From a virus, in IMG/VR virus record IMGVR_UViG_3300034175_000063, positions 1 through 64,000 of that record: a stretch of 64,000 nucleotides of DNA; one strand, 5' to 3'. Numbering within the stretch: the first letter of the stretch is position 1; every line of letters starts with the position of its first letter. Below are positions 1 through 9,114 of the stretch, one piece after another. The notes under the pieces are model-generated. The model did not search any database. It had not been told where the DNA came from and saw nothing but the letters and a program-made list of their open reading frames with translations. The position numbers were made by a program, and so were the translations under genes.

Positions 1-144
1 GAACTATGCAGCTCCGAGACAGTCTTTCCGGGGTCGCATGAGAAGTGTGAACCGAAACCGGTGAAACTTCTAAACCGATAACCTAACTGGTCGAAAAGTC
101 GATTTTTCTACTATATCCAACCGGTAAACCAACGAGGAAATACC

Positions 145-519
145 ATGACCGTCCGCAAGCTGACCGACGCCCAGAAAGCGGCTGTCGTTACCATTTATAC
201 ATCGAATATCCGTCCTTCAAGCATCCAGCACCTGGCTGCCGTCCTGGGCGTGAGCACCCGCACCATCGGCCGCGTCATCGAAGAAGCCGGTGTCACCGCT
301 TCCAAGAAGCTGCATGTCGGCGAGGCCGCGGACGTGATGCGTCTGCTGTACAAGCACAAGATCACGATCGACCAGCTGGAGAGCCTGCTCTCCCACATCC
401 CGGTCGACACCATCAAGCTGCTGACCCAGAAAAAGGCCAGCCGCAAATCCCCAACCGGGCACAACGGTAAGCAGACGCTGCTGCCGTTGAACCTTCCAAC
501 CTCCCTGGAGTTGCATTAA
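145..519 (+). CDS. Helix-turn-helix DNA-binding protein
   Basis: HTH-like segment IQHLAAVLGVSTRTIGRVIEE; SD-like GAGGA upstream. Confidence 0.65.
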   Translation: MTVRKLTDAQKAAVVTIYTSNIRPSSIQHLAAVLGVSTRTIGRVIEEAGVTASKKLHVGEAADVMRLLYKHKITIDQLESLLSHIPVDTIKLLTQKKASRKSPTGHNGKQTLLPLNLPTSLELH

Positions 520-879
520 ATGAACATCAAACCTGAAAACGTCGCAATCGCCCTGATCCAGCTCGATGGCCTGATCGCCGGCGTTGAATCGAACTCGAGC
601 ATCCCTGTGCAGCTCAGCGAACTGAAGATGCTGCGTGCCCTGCTGGGCGGCAAATACGACGCACCGACCGGCTATACCGGCAGCGGTGTGCCAGCCGTGC
701 AACCTGCGCTCCGCGCAGTGAGTATGGGCCTCTTCCCTACCATGGGAAGCCTGCAGCAGGTCGTCGACCTGGCTTACAGCCAACTGCCGATTCAATCCCC
801 CAACGCCATCAACGCATTGCTGATGACCTACCACAACACCTTGCTGGATCAAGTCGCCAGCTGCAAACCAGGAGCATAA
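520..879 (+). CDS. Hypothetical phage protein
   Basis: Abuts the upstream stop codon; codon usage matches neighbours. Confidence 0.7.
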   Translation: MNIKPENVAIALIQLDGLIAGVESNSSIPVQLSELKMLRALLGGKYDAPTGYTGSGVPAVQPALRAVSMGLFPTMGSLQQVVDLAYSQLPIQSPNAINALLMTYHNTLLDQVASCKPGA

Positions 880-881
880 GC

Positions 882-1682
882 ATGTCCACCGAGAGCATCA
901 ACAAGATCAAGCGCATCATCGAAATCTACCTGGCCAGCGAAGGCGAAGTCCGCCCGCATTGCATCGTCACGGGTCCATCCGGCTCCGGCAAGAGCCACAA
1001 CATCGAAGCCCTGTGCACCGAACTGGATGTGCCCCTGGTGCAGATCAACGCGGCCGGCCTGACCAAGGAAGGCACAGCCGGAAACTCGCTTAGCAAAGCC
1101 CTGGCTCCCCTGGTTGCCTACGGCGGCCGCGCGGTGGTCTGCTTCGTCGACGAGTTCGACAAGCTGTTCATCAGCGGCAATTCCAACTCGGCCCTGGCCC
1201 ACGAGACAACGAACGGCGTGCAAAACGAGTTCTTGAAGGTGCTCGAAGGCGTGGCCACGATCTCGGCCGACTATGGCAAGTACCACACGATCAAGAGCGA
1301 CAATGTGCTCTTCATCTTCGCCGGCGCCTTCAACGGCGAGCAGGACATCGACCTGGACCGCCTGCGTGAAATGGGGATCAAGACCGAATTTCTGGGCCGC
1401 GTTGGCTTGGTCTACGGCATGGAAAAGGTCACGCTCGAAGGGCTGCACAACATTCTGGTCAAGAGCCCACTGCTGGGCAAGTACCTGGAGCTGCACGACG
1501 GCGTGAAGAAAGAGACAGTCGTTGATGCTGTCATGGCTGTTCTGACCGCTAACTACGAGAAGAACGACCTTGGTGTGCGCATGGTCACCACTTTGCTGCA
1601 TCAATACTTCATCGAAGGCTCGTTGACCAAGAAAGAAGCGGTCAAGACCATGTTCCAACGCAAGTTGGCCATGCCTGCGTAA
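882..1682 (+). CDS. Truncated ClpX/HslU-like AAA+ ATPase
   Basis: Walker A GPSGSGKS, Walker B FVDEFDKL, ClpX-like GVQNEFLKVLEG, FIFAGAF and EFLGRV. Confidence 0.8.
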   Translation: MSTESINKIKRIIEIYLASEGEVRPHCIVTGPSGSGKSHNIEALCTELDVPLVQINAAGLTKEGTAGNSLSKALAPLVAYGGRAVVCFVDEFDKLFISGNSNSALAHETTNGVQNEFLKVLEGVATISADYGKYHTIKSDNVLFIFAGAFNGEQDIDLDRLREMGIKTEFLGRVGLVYGMEKVTLEGLHNILVKSPLLGKYLELHDGVKKETVVDAVMAVLTANYEKNDLGVRMVTTLLHQYFIEGSLTKKEAVKTMFQRKLAMPA

Positions 1683-1849
1683 TGGCTGACGCTGATCTAA
1701 CATCGACCAAGTTCGATAGTCGCATCAAACAGCTTGAACGGAAGATAAAGCACACTCCAGAGGAGTGGGCTGAACTCAAGTCGCTTCATGCGCGTCGAAT
1801 CCGTTACAAGAAGATGCTTAGCTTGGTCGTTCCTCATAAGGATCGCTGA
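1682..1849 (+). CDS. Small basic hypothetical protein (55 aa, not in ORF track)
   Basis: ATG overlaps the upstream TAA; translates MADADLTSTKFDSRIKQLERK...RYKKMLSLVVPHKDR. Confidence 0.55.
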   Translation: MADADLTSTKFDSRIKQLERKIKHTPEEWAELKSLHARRIRYKKMLSLVVPHKDR

Positions 1850-1851
1850 AC

Positions 1852-2028
1852 ATGGGCATACCAACGCTCCCCAACGAAGTAAACGGCTCGATACAGCATC
1901 TGCTGCGTCGAGGTGTCAAACAAACCCGCAGTAGCCGACTCAAGCGGCTACTCAAGGTCCAGAAGCGGCAAGAGAAAATGCTGAGCCTGGTCCTACCCAA
2001 ACCTCAAAGGAAATCTCCGTGGAACTGA
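1852..2028 (+). CDS. Small basic hypothetical protein (58 aa, not in ORF track)
   Basis: Translates MGIPTLPNEV...RQEKMLSLVLPKPQRKSPWN; AAGGA upstream; overlaps the next start. Confidence 0.5.
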   Translation: MGIPTLPNEVNGSIQHLLRRGVKQTRSSRLKRLLKVQKRQEKMLSLVLPKPQRKSPWN

Positions 2029-4124
2029 TCTTCAAACCTTTCGCCGCTGCAGTGGCAGCCCAATTCGCATTGATGTCCAAGCACGAGCTGTTTACCGTCA
2101 AGCTCGACGGCGACACCCTGTATGACGCCTACCTGGCAGCCTTCCCGGCCGGCACCAATCCGATCTTCCGCGAGCGCACCGAGCACGACTGCAGCTGCTG
2201 CAAGAATTTCATCCGCAACATTGGCAACGTGGTCGCCATCATCGACGGCAAAGTCGTCACGGTATGGGACGTCGTAGGCGAGATGCAGGTAGCCTACGCC
2301 CAGGTGGCCGGCACGCTGGCCGAACTGGTTCGCAACGCCGAGATCGACACGATCTACCGCACCAGCGAGAAATCGTATGGCGCCGAGTCGAGCAAGGAAC
2401 TGCGTGACGACGGCACGGTGAAATCCTGGAACCACTTCTATGGCAAGATCGACGCCAAGCACTATGCTCCGGATCCAGGCGCCCAGCGTGGCGTCTACAC
2501 GGCCGCCAAGGACGTCTTCAAGCGCGGCCTGACCGAACTGAAGAAGGAAGCCATGGAGCTCACCAGCAGCCTCATAGGCGACAAGCTGCTGTACCGCGGC
2601 GAAGAGCACCTGCCGGCCCTGCTGGCTTTCTTCAAGCTGCACACCAAGTTCAACGACCTGACGACCGACGTGCAACGCAACGTGTTCATCATGTCGAACG
2701 CACTGGCGCCGGCGAGCCGCTTCCGCAACACGGTGATCGGCTCGCTGATCATCGACCTGAGCGATGGCATGCCGATGGAAAAGGCTGTGGCCAGCTTCGA
2801 GAAGAAGGTCGCCCCGGAGAACTACAAGCGCCCGACTGCCCTGGTCACCCAGAAGCAGAAGGACGATGCGTTCGCAGCGATTGTGGCCATGGGCCTCGAA
2901 GACAGCCTGCAGCGTCGCTATGCCAACATCACCGACATCACGATCAACAACGTGCTGTGGGCGAACGGCGACGTCAAGCCAGTGATGAAAGGTGGCCTGG
3001 CCAATATCTTCGACACCATCAGCACCACTGCCGATGCAGCCGTGGTCGACAGCAGCATGGCCAACGACATCAGCATCGAAGACTTCATGGCCACGGTACT
3101 GCCGAAGGCCAAGGGCATCGAGATGCTGGTCACCAACCGCCATCTGTCGAACTTCGTCAGCCTCACGGCGCCGACCAAGCCGAACACGGCCGGCAACAAC
3201 GAACCGATCCCGGTGCTGTTCAAGTGGCCGAATGACTTCGCCTGGTCCTACGATGGCAACATCGCCGACTCGGCCCTGCGCCAGCAGGTGGCCAGCAAGG
3301 GCGGCCGTGTCGATGGCGTACTGCGTTTCAGCCACACCTGGAACCATGCCGAGCGCAATGCATCGCTGATGGACCTGCACGTCTTCATGCCGGGCAGCAC
3401 CCATAGCGAAGCGGCAGGTCACCACACAAATGCCTCTGGCCAGCGTGTAGGCTGGGACAACCGTGACGACCGGATTTCTGGTGGTAAGCAGGACGTGGAC
3501 TACACCGAAGCAGCACCAGTCGGCTACGTCCCTGTCGAGAACATCACGTTCCCCGACATGGCCCGCTTGAAGGATGGTCAGTACACCTTCAAGATCCAGA
3601 ACTGGTCGTTCCGCAGCCCGACCCTCGGTGGCTTCAAAGCCGAGATCGAGTTCGCCGGCCAGATCTTTGAATACGACCACCCGAAGCCGCTCCGTAACAA
3701 GGAGTGGGTGACGTTGGCCGTGGCCACGCTGAAGGATGGCGTCTTCACGATCGAGCACAAGCATCCTGTGGGCTCATCGAGCCAGAAGAAGTGGGGCATC
3801 TCCACGGAACGCATGGTCAAGGTCGACACCGTGATGCTCAGCCCGAATCACTGGGATGGCAACGCCGTCGGCAACAAGCACTACATGTTCATGCTGGCCG
3901 ACTGCAAAAATCCGGATGCCACTCGTGGCATCTACAACGAGTTTTTGAACCCCAAGCTCGAAGTGCACCGCAAGGTGTTCGAGCTGCTGGGTGACAAGAC
4001 GCAGTGCCCACCGGTGGATGACCAGCTCTCCGGCCTGGGTTTCAGCTCCACCAAGCGCGATAGCGTGCTGGTCGTAGTTCAGATCAGCGAGAAGCATCGC
4101 AAAGCCTACAACATCATCTTCTAA
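2019..4124 (+). CDS. Large hypothetical phage protein with a YfaP/DUF2135-like internal segment
   Basis: 701-aa ORF with GTG start after AAGGA; HDCSCCK motif; MDLHVF...DVDY...VENITF segment. Confidence 0.7.
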   Translation: MELIFKPFAAAVAAQFALMSKHELFTVKLDGDTLYDAYLAAFPAGTNPIFRERTEHDCSCCKNFIRNIGNVVAIIDGKVVTVWDVVGEMQVAYAQVAGTLAELVRNAEIDTIYRTSEKSYGAESSKELRDDGTVKSWNHFYGKIDAKHYAPDPGAQRGVYTAAKDVFKRGLTELKKEAMELTSSLIGDKLLYRGEEHLPALLAFFKLHTKFNDLTTDVQRNVFIMSNALAPASRFRNTVIGSLIIDLSDGMPMEKAVASFEKKVAPENYKRPTALVTQKQKDDAFAAIVAMGLEDSLQRRYANITDITINNVLWANGDVKPVMKGGLANIFDTISTTADAAVVDSSMANDISIEDFMATVLPKAKGIEMLVTNRHLSNFVSLTAPTKPNTAGNNEPIPVLFKWPNDFAWSYDGNIADSALRQQVASKGGRVDGVLRFSHTWNHAERNASLMDLHVFMPGSTHSEAAGHHTNASGQRVGWDNRDDRISGGKQDVDYTEAAPVGYVPVENITFPDMARLKDGQYTFKIQNWSFRSPTLGGFKAEIEFAGQIFEYDHPKPLRNKEWVTLAVATLKDGVFTIEHKHPVGSSSQKKWGISTERMVKVDTVMLSPNHWDGNAVGNKHYMFMLADCKNPDATRGIYNEFLNPKLEVHRKVFELLGDKTQCPPVDDQLSGLGFSSTKRDSVLVVVQISEKHRKAYNIIF

Positions 4125-4137
4125 AGGAAGAAAACAC

Positions 4138-4551
4138 ATGAGCACCGACATCAACATCTTTGAACTGGCTTCGCGCCAGAAGACCCGATTTGAAACCATT
4201 CGCGGCAACATCTCCAGCGAACAGCTGTGGGATCTGCCACTGACCAGCAAGTCGGGTATCGACCTCGATACGATCGGCCAGGTTGTTGTGGCCCAGCTCG
4301 AATCAACGACTACCCGTTCGCTCGTCAACGCGGCGCCTCACCCGCGTGAAGCGGATCTGAACCTGCAGTTGGCCCTGATTAAGCACGTCATCGCGTACAA
4401 GCAGGAAGCGAATGCTGCGGCCTTGGCTAAATCCAAGAAGACCGAAGAGCGTAACCGCCTCATCGAGCTGCTGGGCAAGAAGCAGGACGCGGCGCTCGAG
4501 CAGTTGTCCGAAGCGGAAATCAAGGCCAAGCTGGCGGCCCTCGACGACTAA
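4138..4551 (+). CDS. Hypothetical coiled-coil phage protein
   Basis: SD AAGGA; helical C-terminus. Confidence 0.75.
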   Translation: MSTDINIFELASRQKTRFETIRGNISSEQLWDLPLTSKSGIDLDTIGQVVVAQLESTTTRSLVNAAPHPREADLNLQLALIKHVIAYKQEANAAALAKSKKTEERNRLIELLGKKQDAALEQLSEAEIKAKLAALDD

Positions 4552-4615
4552 CATCGTCATCACCCACGCATAGAGCCTGTACCTACGGGCTCTATGCAAT
4601 CAGGAGCACTACCTC

Positions 4616-5728
4616 ATGGCTAAGAACCAAGCCCCCGACGTCGGGGCAAACCCACGCTTGCGCGTGAAAATCAGTCAGGCCGTCCGCATGGTCACCAAAG
4701 CCATCTCGTGCAAATTGGTGCCCATGATTCACGGCTCGCCGGCTATCGGAAAGTCCGGCATCGTGCACCAGATCGCAAAGGATTACAACCTGATGCTGAT
4801 CGACCTGCGTTTGAGCCAGTGCGACCCTACCGACCTGCTGGGCTTCCCACAGATCCTGGCCGCTATCAACCGCGCGGGCTACACGCCGATGGAAACATTC
4901 CCCATCGCCGGCGACGCCTATCCACTCAAGCTGGACAAGGAAGGCAAAGAAATTCTGGCTGCCGATGGGCGTCCGGAACGCTACTCCGGCTGGCTGCTGT
5001 TCCTCGACGAGTTCAACTCAGCGAGCGTGGCAGTGCAAGCTGCGGCCTACAAGATCGTTCTCGATCGCATGGTCGGCAAGTACCATCTGCATGAGAAGGT
5101 GGCCGTGGTCTGTGCGGGTAACCTGGAAACCGACGGCGCCATCGTTGAGCAAATGAGCACTGCACTGCAGTCGCGCATTCTGCACCTCGAACTCATGGTC
5201 GACTTGCCGGAATGGATCCGCTGGGCCGGCCCTGCCGGCATCGACTACCGCATCCAGAGCTATCTGGAATCGCAGCCGTCGGCGTTGTATTCGTTCCGTC
5301 CGGATCACAGCGATCGCACCTACAGCTCGCCGCGTACCTGGGAATTCGCCAACCGCATCATCAACAAGTACGACGTCAAGGACGAAGACGCCTTGCCGAT
5401 GTTGAGCGGTTGTATCACCGAAGGTGTGGCCCGGCCATTCCTGACGTTCTGCGACATCTTCGACAAGCTGCCGTCGATCCACGACATCCTGATGTCGCCG
5501 AAAAGCATTCGTGTTCCCGGCGAGCCGAGCATCCTGTTCGCCATGTGCGGCAGTATCGCCCACCATGCCACGATGGTGAACATCGGCGGCCTGCTCGACT
5601 ACATCAAACGCATGCCCCTGGAATTCCAGGTCGTGTGTGTTCGGATGACCCTGGCCCGCAACACCTCCATGGTCAATGATGCAGACATGCAGAAGTGGCT
5701 GGCCATGCACGCTGAAGAGCTGTTCTAA
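4616..5728 (+). CDS. MoxR-like AAA ATPase (N4 gp24-like)
   Basis: Walker A GSPAIGKS, Walker B LFLDEFN, CAGN, STALQSR, SPRTWE. Confidence 0.85.
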   Translation: MAKNQAPDVGANPRLRVKISQAVRMVTKAISCKLVPMIHGSPAIGKSGIVHQIAKDYNLMLIDLRLSQCDPTDLLGFPQILAAINRAGYTPMETFPIAGDAYPLKLDKEGKEILAADGRPERYSGWLLFLDEFNSASVAVQAAAYKIVLDRMVGKYHLHEKVAVVCAGNLETDGAIVEQMSTALQSRILHLELMVDLPEWIRWAGPAGIDYRIQSYLESQPSALYSFRPDHSDRTYSSPRTWEFANRIINKYDVKDEDALPMLSGCITEGVARPFLTFCDIFDKLPSIHDILMSPKSIRVPGEPSILFAMCGSIAHHATMVNIGGLLDYIKRMPLEFQVVCVRMTLARNTSMVNDADMQKWLAMHAEELF

Positions 5729-5798
5729 GCTGCACCGTTTTACCAACCGGGGCTTCGGCCCCATTCATCGCAGTACCCACCCTGAAAGAAGAACCACC

Positions 5799-6200
5799 AT
5801 GAAAAAATCCTTCGCATTTTTCGCATCCGTCCTGATGATCCTGTCGTTGTCGATGGGGCTCACCGCTTGCGGTAAGCAAACCGTCGAACAGCGTGTCTCC
5901 GCCAACATCAAGGACGGTGTGCACGCGCTGACCAGCGAAGAGCGTCAGCTGGCCGAGACGAACGCCAAGCAGTTTTACAACCGTTCGTTCCCAAACGGCA
6001 CCGACGTGGCCGGCGAGCTCACCACGGCCAAAGGTATGTTCCTCGATTGCCGCCCATCGGACAGCAATGCCAACGGCATGGTTACCTGCCACGGCATCAT
6101 GCCCAAGATGAAAGGTGGCTTCGACGACAAGTCCACCCGTTACTGCGGCTACCGTCCTGAACTGGTCGGCTGCAGCGACGAAGACACCGTTCCAAAGTAA
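5799..6200 (+). CDS. Putative lipoprotein
   Basis: Signal peptide MKKSFAFFASVLMILSLSMG plus lipobox LTAC; four further Cys residues. Confidence 0.75.
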   Translation: MKKSFAFFASVLMILSLSMGLTACGKQTVEQRVSANIKDGVHALTSEERQLAETNAKQFYNRSFPNGTDVAGELTTAKGMFLDCRPSDSNANGMVTCHGIMPKMKGGFDDKSTRYCGYRPELVGCSDEDTVPK

Positions 6201-6207
6201 GACGGCC

Positions 6208-6570
6208 ATGGCCAAGAAAAAGCCAGAAGAAAAGAAGCCGTGGAGCCTCACGCAAGAGGAGATCGCGTCGATCACCAACGAGGAATTTATCCGCGGAACA
6301 TCGCGGCTGCTGCCTCCGGTCGACGAGATCCCCAAAGCGTTCTGGGACGGCAACGTGTACACCAGGATCGTTGAGGCCATGTACGTCGGCGCCAAGCCGG
6401 AGCATGCCCAGATTGACTTCCTTCCTGGCTTCGTCAACGACGGCACATCGCTGGCACGGGTCACCATGGCCCATGTCCGTGATATGCAGGCCGACTACGA
6501 CCACCGCATCGCGGGTGTCGGCTACATGATCTCCAAGATCGTTCACGTCACAATCATCATCAACAAGTAA
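6208..6570 (+). CDS. Hypothetical protein
   Basis: Start MAKKKPEEK 7 nt after the upstream stop. Confidence 0.65.
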   Translation: MAKKKPEEKKPWSLTQEEIASITNEEFIRGTSRLLPPVDEIPKAFWDGNVYTRIVEAMYVGAKPEHAQIDFLPGFVNDGTSLARVTMAHVRDMQADYDHRIAGVGYMISKIVHVTIIINK

Positions 6571-6578
6571 GGGCATCC

Positions 6579-6956
6579 ATGATCCACGCTCACCCACTCT
6601 CACTCGGCGCCAGGCACGTAGAAGGGGTCATCGAAAAACTGCTCGATCGCATCACCCCTGTCCTCGTGGTTGCACCACTGGGAGAGTGCTGGGTGTGGGT
6701 CGCTCGTACCAATCGCAACGGCTACGGCCGTATGCATTACGAGGGCAGCGAGAAGATGGCCCACCGGCTGTGCTACGAAGCATGCGTCGGGCCGATCCCG
6801 GAGGGTCACCTTCTCGATCACCTTTGCCGTACCCGCTGTTGCATCAATCCGGCTCACCTGGAGCCGGTAACACACAGCGTCAACACCCTGCGGGGCCAGG
6901 CCAAATTATTTGGCCGTGACCTACATCCATTCACCCTTGAGGAAATCACAGCATGA
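6579..6956 (+). CDS. HNH endonuclease
   Basis: CWVW...GYG...AHR...LDHLCRTRCCINPAHLEPVTHSVN. Confidence 0.9.
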   Translation: MIHAHPLSLGARHVEGVIEKLLDRITPVLVVAPLGECWVWVARTNRNGYGRMHYEGSEKMAHRLCYEACVGPIPEGHLLDHLCRTRCCINPAHLEPVTHSVNTLRGQAKLFGRDLHPFTLEEITA

Positions 6957-7246
6957 GCATCGAAGACATCCCTGAGCGTCGCAAGACCCCAGACGAGAAC
7001 GCACGCGCACTCGTCGGCATTCGTGCAGCGATCACCAACTACTACCTGGACCTGGACGCTCGCAAACACGGCAGCGTTGCAATGGACCTGGCCTTCAGCA
7101 AGATCGAGCGTATCCTCGGCATGAGCTGGGAAGACCACAAAGAAACCGTGCGTGAAGTCACGCAGCTGGCGCCGAACAAAGCCATGGAACTGCACAATAT
7201 GTTTCAGGACACCCTGATGACCACTGCCTACCGTGGAGCGAAATAG
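6953..7246 (+). CDS. Hypothetical protein
   Basis: ATGA overlap with the HNH gene; SD GAGGA. Confidence 0.65.
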   Translation: MSIEDIPERRKTPDENARALVGIRAAITNYYLDLDARKHGSVAMDLAFSKIERILGMSWEDHKETVREVTQLAPNKAMELHNMFQDTLMTTAYRGAK

Positions 7247-7249
7247 ACC

Positions 7250-7447
7250 ATGGCCCACCTGCTCTCCTACACCAGTGGGGTCGTGGGGCATGGCCTGTCG
7301 AATGACCTGGACACCGCAATAGACCAGGCGATTGACCGCTGTACCGAAATGGGTATGGGCGCCAACATCCTCAACCGATCCACCTCCGTTGTCCTCGCCG
7401 TCATCACCCCGACCAGCGAGGGCTTTAAAGCCAAGAAAATGGAGTAA
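7250..7447 (+). CDS. Hypothetical protein
   Basis: Tightly packed in the operon; GGAG upstream. Confidence 0.55.
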   Translation: MAHLLSYTSGVVGHGLSNDLDTAIDQAIDRCTEMGMGANILNRSTSVVLAVITPTSEGFKAKKME

Positions 7448-7451
7448 CACC

Positions 7452-7742
7452 ATGTCCGAACGCACCATCGTCACCACGTATTACGGCCCGTCGGCCGGCC
7501 GCGGCAAACAGAAGCCAAAGATCAAAGTCACCCGCGGATCCCGCATCGGTGAGTGCCTGCCGAACGTCACCCGCATGCTCACCCAGAATCTGAAGGGTGA
7601 TGCTGTGGTAGCCGAGGTGCACGATGAGATGTTCGGCGAGCTGCTGCTCGTTGTCACCTACTTCCCCGGCGAAAAGCTGCAGGTCACCTTCGAGCAGGAC
7701 GTCACCCGGCCCGTGTGCATCATCACTGGCTTGGAGGACTGA
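7452..7742 (+). CDS. Hypothetical protein
   Basis: Start MSERTIV after GGAG. Confidence 0.65.
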   Translation: MSERTIVTTYYGPSAGRGKQKPKIKVTRGSRIGECLPNVTRMLTQNLKGDAVVAEVHDEMFGELLLVVTYFPGEKLQVTFEQDVTRPVCIITGLED

Positions 7743-7744
7743 TC

Positions 7745-8113
7745 ATGACAACCGATGACACCCTCGACTTCGATGTGAATGACCTTCATGTCGACACCTT
7801 CCGCGCGCCGGGTCAGGGAGGCTGGTCCACGAAACCGGAAACCGTGGTGCGTATCACCCACATGCCTTCGCGCTTCTCGATAACCGAGGGCGACGATCGC
7901 AGCCAGCACCGCAACAAGGTAGAAGCCCTCCGCAAACTTCGTATCATCAAGGCATTCTGCCCTGAAGTTTTTGAATCCCCACCACCCCCCAAGTTCCCTG
8001 ATCACGCGGCCCTCCGCAAAGCATGGGACGACTACCGTGGCGACGCCGAGCTGACGCTTGACGATGCCTTCATCTTCGCTGCTGGCTACATTGCCGGCGC
8101 CTCTAACAAATAG
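7745..8113 (+). CDS. Peptide-chain release factor (RF-1 family GGQ domain)-like protein, GGW variant
   Basis: DLHVDTFRAPGQGGWSTKPETVVRITHMPS...DDRSQHRNKVEAL aligns by eye with RF domain 3 (DLRID.YRASGAGGQHVN.TESAVRITH.PT...ERSQH.NK..A); SD GGAGG. Confidence 0.8.
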   Translation: MTTDDTLDFDVNDLHVDTFRAPGQGGWSTKPETVVRITHMPSRFSITEGDDRSQHRNKVEALRKLRIIKAFCPEVFESPPPPKFPDHAALRKAWDDYRGDAELTLDDAFIFAAGYIAGASNK

Positions 8114-8123
8114 GAGCATCATC

Positions 8124-8285
8124 ATGAAAAAAGTATTCACCATCCTGGCCCTGGCCACCTTGACCGCTTGCGCATCGACCCCGATGACGCCGGCCGAACT
8201 GGCTGCATCGCACGCTCGTGAAGAGCAGCGTAACGCCATCGAGCAGGACAAGCGCGCCTTGACCATGCCTTCGTCGGTCTTCTAA
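8124..8285 (+). CDS. Small putative lipoprotein
   Basis: MKKVFTILALATLTAC lipobox; SD AGGAG. Confidence 0.7.
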   Translation: MKKVFTILALATLTACASTPMTPAELAASHAREEQRNAIEQDKRALTMPSSVF

Positions 8286-8353
8286 GACAGTAAGCACTTA
8301 CTAACCCCCAAACTGGCCGCTGATGCGGCCTTTTCCATTTATGGAGCTGCACA

Positions 8354-8653
8354 ATGTACGGTACACATCTCACCTGGTTCCAGCGTTTCCTGCAACGCTT
8401 CCAAATCACCCCTGTTCAGATGGCCAAGGCCGAGCTCAAAGACGCTGAACTGGCTGCACTTCAAAGTGTTTCCATGGCAGAATATGCCGATCTCCGGATG
8501 CAGACGCACAAACTCACGGCCGACTACCACGAAGGCCGTGCTGAGCGTTTGCGCGAGTACCTGAAAAACCATGACCGCGACGAAGACGAAGAACGTCCGC
8601 GTGTCTCCATCGTCCAGGCCATGTTCCCTGGTGAGCACCACCCAGGCTACTGA
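8354..8653 (+). CDS. Hypothetical protein
   Basis: SD GGAG; operon packing. Confidence 0.6.
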   Translation: MYGTHLTWFQRFLQRFQITPVQMAKAELKDAELAALQSVSMAEYADLRMQTHKLTADYHEGRAERLREYLKNHDRDEDEERPRVSIVQAMFPGEHHPGY

Positions 8654-8655
8654 TC

Positions 8656-9114
8656 ATGGGCGATCGTACCTGGGCCAAATTGTACGTGCCCACGGAATTG
8701 ACCGGGGCAGTACAGGCAATATTCAATGAAGCCAGCAATGAAGAGGAAATCGGCGATGGCTTGTCAGAACTTTCGTATGACGAGATGAACTATGGCAACC
8801 TTCCGGATGGTGTGCAAGACAAGCTGACTGCAGCTGGCGTGCCTTTCGATTGGGAGTGGGGCGACGGTGGTGATTATGGTGGCGGTCAGCTGCATATTCG
8901 CTTCACCGAAACTGGTGAATTGCATCTGCGTGAAGTGTACAACGTTAATCAAAATCCGAATCTGGAAGCACTGCTAGACCGGATCGACCAACCTGATGAA
9001 TTGGTACAGTTCATCAAAGATCACGCGAACAAGGTGACAACGCTCTCCTGGTACAACCAGGTTGAATACGGCAAACGCTACCGCATGCGGCAGCTAGTGT
9101 TACCCACTAAATAA
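8656..9114 (+). CDS. Hypothetical acidic protein
   Basis: 152-aa ORF; looks more AT-rich than its neighbours. Confidence 0.65.
   Translation: MGDRTWAKLYVPTELTGAVQAIFNEASNEEEIGDGLSELSYDEMNYGNLPDGVQDKLTAAGVPFDWEWGDGGDYGGGQLHIRFTETGELHLREVYNVNQNPNLEALLDRIDQPDELVQFIKDHANKVTTLSWYNQVEYGKRYRMRQLVLPTK

Noticed and set aside
7745-8113. Stop-codon recoding implied by a release-factor-like gene
   Set aside because: TAA, TGA and TAG all end genes cleanly here (TAG at 12954, 15663 and 40450), and long genes are uninterrupted under the standard code
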